63,188 nt of DNA, filler included, from Bdellovibrionota bacterium (GCA_963169515.1; 4 parts of 4 records of this genome joined end to end with filler, not necessarily neighbours in it), one strand, 5' to 3'; shown: positions 20,305-30,078, counted from the whole stretch's first letter. Translations and numbers: made by a program. The notes: generated by a model from the sequence alone, not told the origin.

Positions 20305-21046
20305 CGAGTACGAGCAGCATTTTAGAAAAGTAAAACAGAGCGCCGGGCTCTCACCAAAGGTCAAGGTTGCAAATTCGAATCGAATACAGCCAAAAAAGAA
20401 AAGCAAGCCATTCCCAATAGCGACCATTCTATTCGCGGGCGTTATTTTGTGTGGAAGTACCTGGCTCTATCTTAATATCGAGAGCGTGGAAACTTGGCTT
20501 TCAAAAGTCGAGGTTCGATTATTTGGTTCGGCGGTCGCAAGCGAAGAAACCAAGCAAAATTTGCCGATCCAACCCACACAGAGAGAAAAAAAATCTCCTG
20601 AACAAACGGATGGCCAAGCCTTAGAAAATTCAGCCACAAGAAACCTGACCCCAGAAGAGCTTGCTCTTTTCAATAAGTTAGAGGAGCGGAGAGTAGAGCT
20701 GGACAAAAGGGAAACAGATTTAAAAAAGTTGGACGAGGAATTGCAACAGCAGAAATTGATGCTGGAAGGAAAAATGAAGGCCCTAGAGGAAGTAAGAACA
20801 AACATTGCGTCCCAACTGGACGACCGGGTCAAGGCTGATGAAACACAGGTGGAGAAACTTGTAGCTATGTACGCAAACATGAAGCCACAAAGGGCGGCAA
20901 AAGTATTAGAGACTGTAAATGAGGACCTCGCGGTCGAAGTGTTAAGGAATATGAAGCGCGATAAAGCAGCGGACATACTGAATATGCTAGATTCGGCGAA
21001 AGCGCAAAAATTAAGCGAAAAATTCGCTGGTTATAGGAAAGATTAA
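20297..21046 (+). CDS. MotE/FlbB-like flagellar protein (MgtE-N-like C-terminus)
   Basis: TM helix, coiled coil, LVAMYANMKPQRAAKVL...AADILNML. Confidence 0.8.
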   Translation: MNNEYEQHFRKVKQSAGLSPKVKVANSNRIQPKKKSKPFPIATILFAGVILCGSTWLYLNIESVETWLSKVEVRLFGSAVASEETKQNLPIQPTQREKKSPEQTDGQALENSATRNLTPEELALFNKLEERRVELDKRETDLKKLDEELQQQKLMLEGKMKALEEVRTNIASQLDDRVKADETQVEKLVAMYANMKPQRAAKVLETVNEDLAVEVLRNMKRDKAADILNMLDSAKAQKLSEKFAGYRKD

Positions 21047-21050
21047 TTAG

Positions 21051-22817
21051 ATGGCAGTGTTTTCTGAAATTTCGAACTCAATATTGTCTAACGTAGACAG
21101 AGGCGCTGCGAAGCTCGATACGCCAAGGCGTATCGAAGATGATAAAGAATTCAAGTCTCAGCTTGATAAAAGAAAAGTCGATGATCAACCACAAGATGAA
21201 AAGCTAATTGTAGATAAGCCAATACTAAAAAAATCAAGCTCTGCCAAGGGGGCTCCAGATCAAAACGTAGATGCGCGTCCGATCAAAGACGATAATGAGG
21301 ATAAAATTGTCCCGTATAGCAGTGACGGACCAAAGAAATTTGGGACCGCTTCATCCGTCAGTTTAGACAGTCAGCCTGTGGTTGAGGAGCCAAAAGAAGT
21401 TAGACTGACAAAAGAATTTAATTTCGATAAAAAATCACAAATTTCTGACGAGCAAAAATCAATTTTACAATTCATGCTCTTCATGAAGGATCAATTTGAT
21501 GTTGAGCCTGAAAAGTTGATTCAAGCTCTAAGTTCATTATCTGATAAAGAATTACTTTCAACGCCAGAAGAATCCATGGAGAGTTTCTTCAAGAACTTGG
21601 GCTTAGATGAAGATGAGATTCAACCAGCCAAAGAACAGTACCTGGCCCTGCTTGTTCAGTTAAATAAAATTGAAACGCAAAAAGCCCCCCAAGCCGTAGA
21701 GTCACCAATAGAAGTTGAGGTTTTGGACCCAAAAAGGCAAAGGGTCTTGGATGTGAATCGCAAATTGGATCAAATGAACGCATCTTTTTTTATGAATCCG
21801 CCAGTCAAAAAAGAATCGACAGAGATATTAAAACCTGAGTTCGGTTTGGGCGATAATAAAATTGTTGAGACAATAGATACGCCGGATACGCCGACCACAA
21901 CAGATCAGTTTTTTATTGATAATAGAAAGCCCGTTGATTTAAAAAGTCAACCGTCTGAATACGTTCAAAAGATGGTTCAACAAATGAAACCAGTAGGAGA
22001 ATCTGACGTCGCAGTTCCAAAAGTGTCTGCGCCACAGGTGTCTGCGGAACAAGTTGTGGCGGCTGAAAGCCTTCCGATATCTGATTCGGGAATGGCAAAA
22101 GAAAACTTAAGTCAATTATCAAAGAAAACTGAAAATATTCAAATGCAATTAGGGAATCTTGAGAAGTCGATGAAGAGCATGGATAAGGATACGGATACAC
22201 CTCAGCACGATTTACATTCAAACAGTCAACCATCTGACGTGATATTTACCCCGGACAAGCAAGTGGCGCAAACCAATACATTTTCAACAGAACTCAATGC
22301 GAGCACTGATCGATCTGCTAAATCGGACAATCCAAATATTCAACAGATCATTAATCAAGCCAACGTCATGATTCGTCGTGGTGGCGGAGAGATGAAAATG
22401 CAGCTAAATCCCGAGGGCTTGGGTAATGTGAAATTAAAGGTTAAGGTAGAAGACGGAAAAGTTGGAATTCAAATGATCGCAGATACGGCGGATGCGAAAC
22501 GCCTTCTTGAGAGCAGCATTGGAGATCTTAAAGCAAACCTTTCGCAACACAAGATGACGGTCGATGCATTTAAAGTCGATGTGTCAGACAAGTTCAGCGA
22601 CAGCCTTAATCAACAATCTGATTTGAATCGCGAAGAGGCACGTCAGTTTTTGGGCCAATTCAGAGAGCAAAATCAGTTTAGGAATGCTTGGTTTAATGAT
22701 TCTCCAGGGATTAAAGCATACAGACAATACGGAGGGAAGGATGTCACCAAGCAGCCTGTAGAGCCGATACCTACGATGTCGAGAAATGATAAGGGCCGTA
22801 TACATTTGGTCGCATAA
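21051..22817 (+). CDS. fliK: flagellar hook-length control protein
   Basis: Low-complexity N-terminus; C-terminal LNPEGLGNVKLKV domain. Confidence 0.88.
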   Translation: MAVFSEISNSILSNVDRGAAKLDTPRRIEDDKEFKSQLDKRKVDDQPQDEKLIVDKPILKKSSSAKGAPDQNVDARPIKDDNEDKIVPYSSDGPKKFGTASSVSLDSQPVVEEPKEVRLTKEFNFDKKSQISDEQKSILQFMLFMKDQFDVEPEKLIQALSSLSDKELLSTPEESMESFFKNLGLDEDEIQPAKEQYLALLVQLNKIETQKAPQAVESPIEVEVLDPKRQRVLDVNRKLDQMNASFFMNPPVKKESTEILKPEFGLGDNKIVETIDTPDTPTTTDQFFIDNRKPVDLKSQPSEYVQKMVQQMKPVGESDVAVPKVSAPQVSAEQVVAAESLPISDSGMAKENLSQLSKKTENIQMQLGNLEKSMKSMDKDTDTPQHDLHSNSQPSDVIFTPDKQVAQTNTFSTELNASTDRSAKSDNPNIQQIINQANVMIRRGGGEMKMQLNPEGLGNVKLKVKVEDGKVGIQMIADTADAKRLLESSIGDLKANLSQHKMTVDAFKVDVSDKFSDSLNQQSDLNREEARQFLGQFREQNQFRNAWFNDSPGIKAYRQYGGKDVTKQPVEPIPTMSRNDKGRIHLVA

Positions 22818-22826
22818 GGAAAGTAA

Positions 22827-23810
22827 ATGATTAATAAATCTGTGAATACTAAAACTTGGAATGAAGGGAACCCAGAGCGAATCACCCGCCCTGATCCAGT
22901 TCAACGCTTAAGCGCTACAGAACAAGAAAAGGCTTTAAAAGGCAGTGAAGATCTTGGCGCGATGTTAAATCAGGTATCAGATCCTAATTGGGTCGATCCT
23001 AAGAAAACAAGGCGGGTTGGAAACCCTGAGCTGGGTAAAGACGCCTTTTTAAAACTGATGCTTACCCAAATGAAAAATCAAGATCCAACTAATCCGTTGG
23101 ACAGTCATGAGATGGCGGCGCAGCTTGCCCAATTCTCGTCACTGGAACAATTGGTGAACGTAAATGAAAATTTGGGGGCAATGAAAAAGAACCAAGATCC
23201 AATGGCCAACTACCAAGCCGTAAATTTCATTGGCAAAACAATAGCGTCTGACACGAGTAAAATCATTCGTGCCAAAGGCGATAAAAGCCACGAGATTCGC
23301 TTTAATTTGGGTGATAATGCAAAATCTACTAAAATTACAATTAAAGATGAAACAGGGACAGCGGTTAAAGTTATAGAACTCAGTGATTTAAAAAAAGGTG
23401 ATAATAAAATTACCTGGAATGGAACAGACACAAAGGGCGGGTATGTTCGTACTGGGAATTATAATTTCGAAGTTACGGCTGAAACAAACGGATTGAGAAT
23501 TGGAACAAAAACCGCCGTAAATGGAAAGGTTACGGGTGTGAATTTCAGCCCCGAAGGACCAATTTTGATGGTTGGCGATCAGTCGATTCGATTGATTGAT
23601 GTTAAAAAAATAGAAGATCAAGAGGCAAAGACCCAATTGCAAAGCGTTGAGAAAGTAAACGACGTTACAAATAAAGAGATTAAAAAAGAAGCAAAAAATA
23701 ATGATAGCGATAGTGAGGGAGCAAAAGAAATGACAGGCAATTTGTCCCAAGTTGCAATGTCTGGCGAGCTTGTTGCTAATGCATTAAGACCTGTAGAGGC
23801 AAAAAGATGA
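22827..23810 (+). CDS. flgD: flagellar hook capping protein
   Basis: LGKDAFLKLMLTQMKNQDPTNP, AQLAQFSSLEQ, WNGTD. Confidence 0.95.
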   Translation: MINKSVNTKTWNEGNPERITRPDPVQRLSATEQEKALKGSEDLGAMLNQVSDPNWVDPKKTRRVGNPELGKDAFLKLMLTQMKNQDPTNPLDSHEMAAQLAQFSSLEQLVNVNENLGAMKKNQDPMANYQAVNFIGKTIASDTSKIIRAKGDKSHEIRFNLGDNAKSTKITIKDETGTAVKVIELSDLKKGDNKITWNGTDTKGGYVRTGNYNFEVTAETNGLRIGTKTAVNGKVTGVNFSPEGPILMVGDQSIRLIDVKKIEDQEAKTQLQSVEKVNDVTNKEIKKEAKNNDSDSEGAKEMTGNLSQVAMSGELVANALRPVEAKR

Positions 23811-24217
23811 TTTCAAATAACCTAAGTGCCCCAAGAATTGACAGTGGCCTTCCAGGTTTAGATACCCTGAAGGATACTGCTAAAGGTAACAAAGCAGACT
23901 TTTTGCAAGTGTTGCAAAATGAATTGGGAAAAACGGTGCAGCCGCACTCACCCAAAATTGATAGCGGCGTGAAGTTTTCAAACCACGCAATCGACCGCAT
24001 TCAATCCCGGAGTATTCAATTTAAGAACGAAGATTTAATTCGATTGAACGAGGCTGTGGATAAAGCTGCGCAAAAGGGATCTAGAGAAGCATTGATATTA
24101 ATGGGCGATAATGCCTTTGTAGTGAGTGTGAAAAATAAAATGGTCATCACGGCGATGGACAAAGCCATGATGAAGGAGAACGTGTTTACAAATATAGATA
24201 GTACAGTAGTGCTTTAA
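23807..24217 (+). CDS. flagellar operon protein (TIGR02530 family)
   Basis: VKFSNHA..R, AAQKG, VSVKN..VITAMD, NVFTNIDSTVV. Confidence 0.9.
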   Translation: MISNNLSAPRIDSGLPGLDTLKDTAKGNKADFLQVLQNELGKTVQPHSPKIDSGVKFSNHAIDRIQSRSIQFKNEDLIRLNEAVDKAAQKGSREALILMGDNAFVVSVKNKMVITAMDKAMMKENVFTNIDSTVVL

Positions 24218-24231
24218 AATTAAATATTAAT

Positions 24232-24287
24232 GGGGCTGGACCCGCAAGGGGAGCCCCTCCAAAAATAACTTTATGAATGAAGTTATT
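24232..24287 (+). promoter_or_regulatory. two-hairpin structured leader upstream of flgE
   Basis: GGGGCT-GGA-CCC-GCAA-GGG-G-AGCCCC, then AATAACTT...AAGTTATT, just before AGGAGG. Confidence 0.6.
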
Positions 24288-24305
24288 ACGAACTAGGAGG
24301 GTTCT

Positions 24306-25589
24306 ATGGGTGTTCTTTCGTCAATGTATACGGGCGTGTCAGGGTTGACATCCCAAGGTGAAGCGTTAGGGGTGATCGGTGATAACATCGCCAACGCGAA
24401 TACCACGGGCTTTAAAGCAAGCCGTGCAGAGTTTTCTGACATTATCGCCAGAAATTTAAAGGGTGTGCTTGGTGGTAACCAAGTCGGCCGTGGTTCGAAG
24501 CTCGCAGCGGTGAACCAAATCATGTCCCAAGGTAATACGGATGCAACAGACAAGAGCACGGATCTCGCGATCTCGGGCGATGGTTATTTCACCGTGTCGG
24601 GAATGGACGGTATAACGTACACTCGCGACGGATCTTTCCACTTCGACAGGGATGGATATCTTGTAACAAATGATGATCGCCGTGTTCAAGGGTTCCAAGC
24701 AGATGAGCGTGGACGGATCATTACAGAGGTTGGAAACATTCGATTTCCTCGCGCATTGACGCCAGCTCGTGCGACAAAAGAACTGCAAATGTACATCAAT
24801 CTAGATTCTCGTCAGGTTGCAAAGCCGTTCGACATTAAGGATCCGTATGGATCGGCAAACTATACCACGGGCGCAAACATTTACGATTCTCAAGGGAATA
24901 AACACCTTGTGAATCTGTTTTTTAACAAGGTCGGGGATCGAGTATGGGAATACCGTGGTCTAGTCGATGGCAAAGAAGTGACTGGCGGAAAAGAAACTGA
25001 AATGTCAGAGGTCGTAAAAGGAAGAGTGACCTTTAACGTGGATGGCATTTTGGAAACTGAAGAAACAACAGCATCCAATTTCAACTTCGTTGGCGGCGCC
25101 TTACAAAATCAGCAAATTAAAATCGACTTTGGTGATTCTTTAGTTACTGACAAAGGAAAAGGAATTATAGGGTCGAAACAGTATGGTAAAGATTCCGACA
25201 TTATTTCTTGGAAGCAAGACGGTGCGACTGCCGGAACAATAACGAACCTTGCGTTCAACGATGATGGGGTCCTAACGGCGATCTATGATAATGGTGCCGT
25301 AACAGATCTTGGACAAATCGTACTTGCGAAATTCGAAAACCCAGAAGGTCTGTACAAGGTAGGTAACAACCGGTTTAAAGAATCTCGAAAATCGGGCGAG
25401 CCTTCGATTGGAACACCGGGACGATCGGGTCGAGGTACGTTTTTGTCAAAATCACTTGAGCGATCCACTGTGGACCTTGCGATGGAGTTTGTGAACCTCA
25501 TCCAAAACCAGCGAGGTTTCCAAGCAAACGCAAAGACCATTACAACAGCAGATGAACTTTTAGCAGAAGTGATTCAGCTAAAGCGTTAA
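24306..25589 (+). CDS. flgE: flagellar hook protein
   Basis: SMYTGVSGL, GDNIANANTTGFK, DLAISGDGYF, LERSTVDLA, QRGFQANAKTITT. Confidence 0.96.
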   Translation: MGVLSSMYTGVSGLTSQGEALGVIGDNIANANTTGFKASRAEFSDIIARNLKGVLGGNQVGRGSKLAAVNQIMSQGNTDATDKSTDLAISGDGYFTVSGMDGITYTRDGSFHFDRDGYLVTNDDRRVQGFQADERGRIITEVGNIRFPRALTPARATKELQMYINLDSRQVAKPFDIKDPYGSANYTTGANIYDSQGNKHLVNLFFNKVGDRVWEYRGLVDGKEVTGGKETEMSEVVKGRVTFNVDGILETEETTASNFNFVGGALQNQQIKIDFGDSLVTDKGKGIIGSKQYGKDSDIISWKQDGATAGTITNLAFNDDGVLTAIYDNGAVTDLGQIVLAKFENPEGLYKVGNNRFKESRKSGEPSIGTPGRSGRGTFLSKSLERSTVDLAMEFVNLIQNQRGFQANAKTITTADELLAEVIQLKR

Positions 25590-25594
25590 TGAGC

Positions 25595-25666
25595 AAATTC
25601 CATTTGCCATAGGCAAATGGAATTTCACCCTAGAACCATGGTTCCGGGCATGAACACCCCGGAACC
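25595..25666. terminator. tandem hairpins ending the flagellar operon (convergent terminator region)
   Basis: AAATTCCATTTGCC-ATA-GGCAAATGGAATTT (25595-25625) and GGTTCCGGG-N9-CCCGGAACC (25640-25666) followed by TTATTT. Confidence 0.75.
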
Positions 25667-25677
25667 TTATTTAAGGT

Positions 25678-26898
25678 TTAATATTGTGGCGCGGGTATAA
25701 ATTGTTTTGAAAAAATGATTTGATCGTAACGATTTGAAAATGCCTGAGGCATATTTCGTCCATTTTGGTAGGTTGAAAGTAACAGCGCATTCCATCCATT
25801 GTCCCAATCGTAACCGATAGCAAAAGTTTCATCCCAAATCATAGTATATTTCTTTTCTCCAGGATGGGCGGCGTAAACACGCAGTCTAGTTTCTTCTATA
25901 CCATCGCGACCAGGCTGCAAATGATACATCATCGTATCCCAACCACCAGACCAATACCAACAGTTAGCTAAACTCGTATTATCACACGGACCAAGCTCAC
26001 TTCCCAATTGCCACCCTGGACGATTCAAACTATCAAGATCTTCAAGGGGCGGTGATCCAGCTGCATAGATTCGTAAATAATTTCTGATTGGATTTCCTTG
26101 GGGCGCGGCAGAGTAAGTGACAAGCTCTTGCGAAGTTAGAGATCGATACGTGTGAGTGAGATAAAAAAGTTTGCCGCCGGCATAATCTTCGTTTCCACCA
26201 GAAATCCTGCGTGGATCTTGTTTGACCCGCATTTGTAAGAAAAATTCTGTGCCGTCGTAACCTGGGCCAGCATAGCTTGTGTGACCGTAAACGCCTCGTG
26301 TTCCCCAATTGGTTGTTTCGCTACCACGATCTGTTGGGTTCCACGGTTGTCGTTGGATCGTTCCATTCGCACCACGATCAGGTACGCCTTGTCCGCTATC
26401 TGTCATTGGGCTGAATGGTCTCCACCAGCCGGCTTGTTCAGAAGTCCCTGCGGGACGATAGAGTTCAAGTGAACCGCCTCCGCTTACTCCGTCAGCGGCG
26501 TCCCATCGGCAAGTAGACCCTCCGGAACCCTTTGCGAGGGGATCATTTCCATAGCCACCAGTCCATCGAAATTTATCGGCTTCTGCAGACGTTTTGAAGT
26601 CGTGAGACCAAACAACACCTGGGCCAGTTGATCTCATTATCCAATCGGCCTCGGCGTTTGGAGGAGGAGATCCTATCGGAGTTGGAGTTGGTGACGGGCG
26701 AGGGGTTGGCGTTGCTGTCGGAGTGGCGGTTGGGGTAGGTGATAGACGAGGGGTTGGCGTTGCTGTCGGAGTTGGTGTTGGAGAAAACTGAAGCACTGAG
26801 TTGCTATTTAACGATATAGCCTTAAAGCCCTCTCCACAGTTGTTGAAAAGAATAACAAGCAAGCCGATACAAGCGACTTTTATGCTTGTTGATACCAT
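25678..26898 (-). CDS. lipoprotein with Pro/Thr linker and Trp/Gly-rich beta-sandwich-like domain
   Basis: Signal ending LFNNC; PTPT linker; start moved to ATG 26898; function unknown. Confidence 0.7.
   Translation of the reverse strand: MVSTSIKVACIGLLVILFNNCGEGFKAISLNSNSVLQFSPTPTPTATPTPRLSPTPTATPTATPTPRPSPTPTPIGSPPPNAEADWIMRSTGPGVVWSHDFKTSAEADKFRWTGGYGNDPLAKGSGGSTCRWDAADGVSGGGSLELYRPAGTSEQAGWWRPFSPMTDSGQGVPDRGANGTIQRQPWNPTDRGSETTNWGTRGVYGHTSYAGPGYDGTEFFLQMRVKQDPRRISGGNEDYAGGKLFYLTHTYRSLTSQELVTYSAAPQGNPIRNYLRIYAAGSPPLEDLDSLNRPGWQLGSELGPCDNTSLANCWYWSGGWDTMMYHLQPGRDGIEETRLRVYAAHPGEKKYTMIWDETFAIGYDWDNGWNALLLSTYQNGRNMPQAFSNRYDQIIFSKQFIPAPQY
26699..26772. repeat. 26-bp direct repeat, 48-bp period, encoding the PT linker
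   Basis: CGAGGGGTTGGCGTTGCTGTCGGAGT at 26699 and 26747. Confidence 0.85.
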
Positions 26899-27073
26899 TC
26901 TTGTGGTCACACGTTTCAACTCATCCCCCAATCGATTATGATTATATAGTGCAAATACCGCGCTAAAAAAGGGCTTTGAATCCATTAGGAAATCTCAGAA
27001 TGGTACGTTAATAGAATGATCATTGATTAAAAAATAATTAGTAAAAACAACCTGTGCCATAGATAAATTTTCT

Positions 27074-28066
27074 TCAAGTTGATAAAACTCGGGCCAGCTT
27101 GATTAAATTTGTATTCAGTTTTTTCTTTTTGGTTGTGACGTCTTTCAATGGAACCAAAACCATTTCTCCGTTTTGAATTCCTACCATTGCCGTGCAGTTA
27201 CCGCGTAGTAAAGCTTCGATGCTCGTTGCTCCCATTCGCGATGCTAGAACACGATCCCGCGCAGTTGGTGAGCCGCCTCGTTGAATATGACCCAGGATAC
27301 AAATCTTTGCATCAAAACCAGATTTTTTTCGGATTGCTTCAGCAAGGTCATAGGCTCGTCCGGGTTTTTTGCCTTCGGCGGTAACAAGAATACTGCTTGC
27401 CTTTCCGCGCTCTAAACTGCGTTTGATATGCTGAATGGCATCGTCAACAGTAACGGGATTTTCTGGAATAAATATTTCTTCAGCTCCGCAGGCCAGCCCC
27501 ACTTCCAAGGCGATATGTCCTGTCTCGTGCCCCATTACTTCAACAATAAATAATCTGTCGTGGCTAAACGCCGTATCGCGTATTTTGTCGATTGCATCGG
27601 TTGCTGTATTTACAGCCGTATCAAATCCAATAGAAAAATCAGTTCCAAAAACGTCATTATCAATGCTGCCAGGTATCCCTATGGAAGGAATTTTGTGATC
27701 ATCCCAGAGATCTAGGGCACCGCGCATGGAACCATCGCCGCCGATACAGATTAAGGCCGAGATATCCTGCTCTTTTAAATTTTGAGCAGCGATTTTTCTG
27801 TACTTTGCATCCACAAATTGGGGGCATCTACCTGTTTTTAATATCGTTCCGCCGCGTTGAATGATATTTCCCATATCAGAGGTCTTTAGGGGTTTAAAAT
27901 TCTTATCCAGAATTCCTTGATAACCACCAATTATGCCAACCATTTCAAACTTTTTAGCCAATGCAGAACGAGTTGCAGCGCGAATCGCTGCATTCATGCC
28001 AGGGGCATCGCCGCCACTTGTGAATATGCCTATTTTTTTTATACTTTTTGGATCGAAACTGTCCAA
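27074..28066 (-). CDS. pfkA: ATP-dependent 6-phosphofructokinase
   Basis: TSGGDAPGMNAAIR, GGTIL, IGGDGS, IDND, VEVMG, LGHIQRGG. Confidence 0.96.
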   Translation of the reverse strand: MDSFDPKSIKKIGIFTSGGDAPGMNAAIRAATRSALAKKFEMVGIIGGYQGILDKNFKPLKTSDMGNIIQRGGTILKTGRCPQFVDAKYRKIAAQNLKEQDISALICIGGDGSMRGALDLWDDHKIPSIGIPGSIDNDVFGTDFSIGFDTAVNTATDAIDKIRDTAFSHDRLFIVEVMGHETGHIALEVGLACGAEEIFIPENPVTVDDAIQHIKRSLERGKASSILVTAEGKKPGRAYDLAEAIRKKSGFDAKICILGHIQRGGSPTARDRVLASRMGATSIEALLRGNCTAMVGIQNGEMVLVPLKDVTTKKKKLNTNLIKLARVLST

Positions 28067-28067
28067 G

Positions 28068-28340
28068 TTAATTCAAAATCTCTTTAAAATCTGATCCTGG
28101 TTTAAATTTGGGAGACCAAGCCGAAGGGATTTTAATAGATTCACCCGTACGCGGGTTACGTCCTGTTCTTGCTTTTCGTTTTGTTTTAGAAAATGTACCG
28201 AAACCCACTAATTTTACTTCTTCGCCTTTTTTAATCGACTTGCAAATTGTTTCCAAGGTTGAATCCAAAACCTTTTCAACATTAGATTTTGTTAATCCGG
28301 AAGTTTCTGCAATTTTATCGATTAACTCGGCTTTGTTCAT
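28068..28340 (-). CDS. hup: HU-family DNA-binding protein
   Basis: MNKAELI, VGFGTF, RTGRNPRTGE, PKFKPG; start at ATG 28340. Confidence 0.95.
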   Translation of the reverse strand: MNKAELIDKIAETSGLTKSNVEKVLDSTLETICKSIKKGEEVKLVGFGTFSKTKRKARTGRNPRTGESIKIPSAWSPKFKPGSDFKEILN

Positions 28341-28525
28341 CTCTGCTCCTACGGTTCTAGTCAGTTTCAGTTTGTCCAAAAGTATTGATTTAAGTTTTAA
28401 TTTGACAGGCCAACATTCAAACCAATTTTTTGATTTCCCGTCAACAGAAAGTTCTAGAATATTCGCACAAAAATTAAATTTGTTCTTATATGGTTACGCT
28501 TAAAAATGATTAAAGCAGAAGTAAA

Positions 28526-28732
28526 TTATTTTTTAAGTTTCGCTTTATCTAAATTTGAATCGGGAGATTCTTGTTGACTTTCGTTATTGCTAGAATCGCT
28601 GACCGGAAGACCGTACTTTTCGCTCGCCCAATTGCCCAAGTCAATTATTTTGCACCGTTCAGAGCAGAATGGTCGAAATGCGTTGCCCTCGTAATTTGCT
28701 GTTTTTTTACACCGAGGGCAGTAGATCTCCAT
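28526..28732 (-). CDS. yacG: DNA gyrase inhibitor YacG
   Basis: CPRC...RPFCSERCKIIDLGNWASE. Confidence 0.93.
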   Translation of the reverse strand: MEIYCPRCKKTANYEGNAFRPFCSERCKIIDLGNWASEKYGLPVSDSSNNESQQESPDSNLDKAKLKK

Positions 28733-28741
28733 AGGGGATTT

Positions 28742-29434
28742 TTATAGGTAATCACGGCCTTTTACAAGTGTACCCGTGGCAACTGGAATCGCATTGTCAC
28801 CACTTTTCCCACCGTTATAATAAAGGACGAAACGGAGTTTATCTTTCGAAAGCAATCCATCAGTTTCCAGGTACAAATGGTTTTGAGTGTATTCAAGATC
28901 GTAGTGGTTAAATGGGTTATAGGCATTGAAGGATGACTTTTGAAAGCGTACGATTTGCTTACCGTTAGAGCTGTATGCCTGTGCAATTGTATGGAACGTC
29001 TGTGTTGATGAGGCTGATTCTTGCAAATTATTATTAAAATAGCTGTTACTCCAGTACCAGTTCCAGCCTGGCGCAACTGCTAGCCCGCGCAATACGACGT
29101 TGTAAGATCGATCACCTGCTTTTTGTACAAGAACTTGCAAACTACGGCACTCAGCGCTGCCTGCATCGCTACATTTTGAATAGGTGTTAAACTCTGACAT
29201 CATTAGCTTCTTAAATTGCTTTTTATCTGTAATAGATGCGTTAGCGTAAAACGGGAAGCTCATGGCGTTTCCAAACATTGGGCCACCTGGAACGCAGGTG
29301 CCAAACTGATCGCGCACATAATTGACAGGGCAACCGTTGTTTGCACCCCGATCTTTTTTGCCTCCACAAGCAGTTAAAATCAGAGCAAGGATGTGTATTA
29401 AAAGTAGCGTTATGAGTACCCGTTTAATGTTCAT
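28742..29434 (-). CDS. hypothetical lipoprotein
   Basis: Lipobox LTAC, Cys pairs; no recognised family. Confidence 0.75.
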   Translation of the reverse strand: MNIKRVLITLLLIHILALILTACGGKKDRGANNGCPVNYVRDQFGTCVPGGPMFGNAMSFPFYANASITDKKQFKKLMMSEFNTYSKCSDAGSAECRSLQVLVQKAGDRSYNVVLRGLAVAPGWNWYWSNSYFNNNLQESASSTQTFHTIAQAYSSNGKQIVRFQKSSFNAYNPFNHYDLEYTQNHLYLETDGLLSKDKLRFVLYYNGGKSGDNAIPVATGTLVKGRDYL

Positions 29435-29463
29435 AAAAACACCTTTGGTTTTAACCGTTACAG

Positions 29464-29480
29464 TTGCAGATTTCCTGCCG
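29464..29480 (-). promoter_or_regulatory. putative sigma54 -24/-12 promoter
   Basis: Minus strand CGGCAGGAAATCTGCAA (GG-N10-GC), 30 nt upstream of ATG 29434. Confidence 0.55.
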
Positions 29481-29664
29481 TTCCAGAGGGGTTTGAAAAT
29501 GTGTTTATTTCGATTTGGTGGGGTGTTTAGTGTTTAAGCTATTGGAAAGAGACGATTTGCGTCAGCTCAGCATTAAAACAGGAGATTTTTTTAAAAGTGC
29601 CGAGACTCTGGTTAACCCCTTGGGTTTTAACTAAAGAATTTAGAGTTCCAAGCCCGCCCTAGGA

Positions 29665-29805
29665 CTACCTCAGTATTTCATAAAGAAAATAAACCAACTT
29701 CCCAAAGAAAACGAACCAACGTACAACACTCCAAAGGCCGTTAAGTTTATGGAGAACCTTCCGATAATTAACATAATAAAGCGTGCTTGCTTTCCTACGT
29801 TTCAT
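29665..29805 (-). CDS. 46-aa basic/hydrophobic small protein (type I toxin-like candidate)
   Basis: MKRRK...LWSVVRWFVFFGKLVYFLYEILR; GGAG/GGGGG SD upstream, inside a hairpin. Confidence 0.5.
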   Translation of the reverse strand: MKRRKASTLYYVNYRKVLHKLNGLWSVVRWFVFFGKLVYFLYEILR

Positions 29806-29946
29806 ACCGCCCCCTATCTCCAAGGAGGACCTACCATAGTCCGAAGCCAATCGAGCCCCGGCACTATGGTAGTTGCAGTTTACTGATACCATTCAAACGG
29901 GTTTTAAATTTATCTTAAGAATGCTACGTCCGAAATACGGACATTC

Positions 29947-30029
29947 AAGACTCTCATGGAGACGAAAACCTGCGTTATAAAGTCAGTGTCTTTTGGGTCG
30001 TTGCTTGGAGTAAAACTAAGTGGTTAGGT
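29947..30029 (+). repeat. left copy of imperfect inverted repeat (about 80 bp)
   Basis: Core 29951-29996 matches the reverse complement of 31367-31412 at 43/46 nt. Confidence 0.92.
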
Positions 30030-30034
30030 CACAT

Positions 30035-30051
30035 TTGGTACGCCTTTCGCA
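30035..30051 (+). promoter_or_regulatory. putative sigma54 -24/-12 promoter
   Basis: TTGGTACGCCTTTCGCA (GG-N10-GC), then GGAGA RBS and ATG 30079. Confidence 0.65.
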
Positions 30052-30078
30052 CTTGATAAGTTTTCGGAGATTAATATC

